From Hemiscyllium ocellatum (taxonomy: Eukaryota): 64,000 nucleotides of DNA. The stretch lies in the NCBI RefSeq assembly GCF_020745735.1, contig NC_083417.1, positions 53,630,001 through 53,694,000 on the forward strand, written 5' to 3'. Shown here one piece after another: positions 63,320 to 64,000 of the stretch; within the stretch, counting starts at the first letter, position 1; the number at the start of each line of letters is the position of its first letter. The notes beneath the pieces were generated by a model. That model was not told the DNA's origin. It did no database searches and saw only the letters and a program-made list of their open reading frames with translations. The position numbers and the translations under genes are program-made.

Positions 63320-64000
63320 CTCATTCATGGGATGCAGGCTTCTCTGGCTGAGACAGCATTTGCTGCTTATTCCTAATTCCCATGAGAAGCTGGTAGCAAA
63401 ATGCCATCTTAAGCCTCTGCAGTCCACTTGGTTTAGGTACACCCCAAAAACTGTGGAGAGGGGTTGCCAAGATTTGACCCAGCAACACTGAAGTAGTGGA
63501 GATATATTTCCAAGTCAGAAGAGGAGTTACATGGATGAGAACTTGGTGGTGGTGGTGCCATCTATCTGCAGCCCCAGTGCTTCTAGATAATCATGGTCAC
63601 ACTTTTAGAAAGTGTTGCAGCGTATCTTATAGATGGTACACACTACTACTGCGATGCATCTGTGGTGGTCATGTGGTGGAAAACATCTTTTATGTTTGTG
63701 ATTTTGTGCCAAACAAGCAAGTTGCTTTATCCTGCATGACATCAAGCTTTTTGAGTGATGTTGGAGCTGCACTTGTCCAAACTCATGATTTGTGCCTTAC
63801 TGCGGAAAGGCTTTCTGAATCAGGAGCTGAGTTATTCCCCACAGAATCCTTAGCCTCTGATCCGCTCTTGTAGCCACAGTATTGAAATGGCGGGTGAACT
63901 TCAATCTCTGGTCAATGGTAACCTCCAGATTTTGATAGTGGGAGATTCAACAATGGTGATGCCATTAAATGTCAGGATTTTATCTTGTTGGGGATGGTCA
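63320..64000 (-). mobile_element. Old CR1/L2-group LINE 3' region
   Basis: Collinear similarity to 19720-20420. Confidence 0.7.

Overview
Vertebrate nuclear DNA, most likely a shark or other cartilaginous fish (HE1/V-SINE-type SINEs, shark-type CR1 and Penelope-like repeats). It holds two convergent spliced genes. On + are 12 coding exons of TSNAXIP1 (1434-42212, 5' end outside the window). On - are 7 coding exons of CENPT (62948-45105, 5' end outside the window), including the histone fold and a 16 x 30 bp acidic coding repeat. All exon joins were checked by hand for GT-AG sites and phase. Introns are dense with CR1/L2/L1 LINE fragments, SINEs, Tc1/mariner-type MITEs and Penelope-like elements (PLEs). 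The most unusual item is a decayed ~3.5 kb R2 retrotransposon still joined at its canonical 3' junction to ~240 bp of 28S rRNA, sitting outside rDNA and splitting a CR1 fragment in the last TSNAXIP1 intron. Second is a family of short, TSD-flanked fold-back elements built from PLE termini that carry minimal hammerhead-ribozyme motifs. Comparisons to human proteins and repeat consensus sequences are from memory, not database searches.
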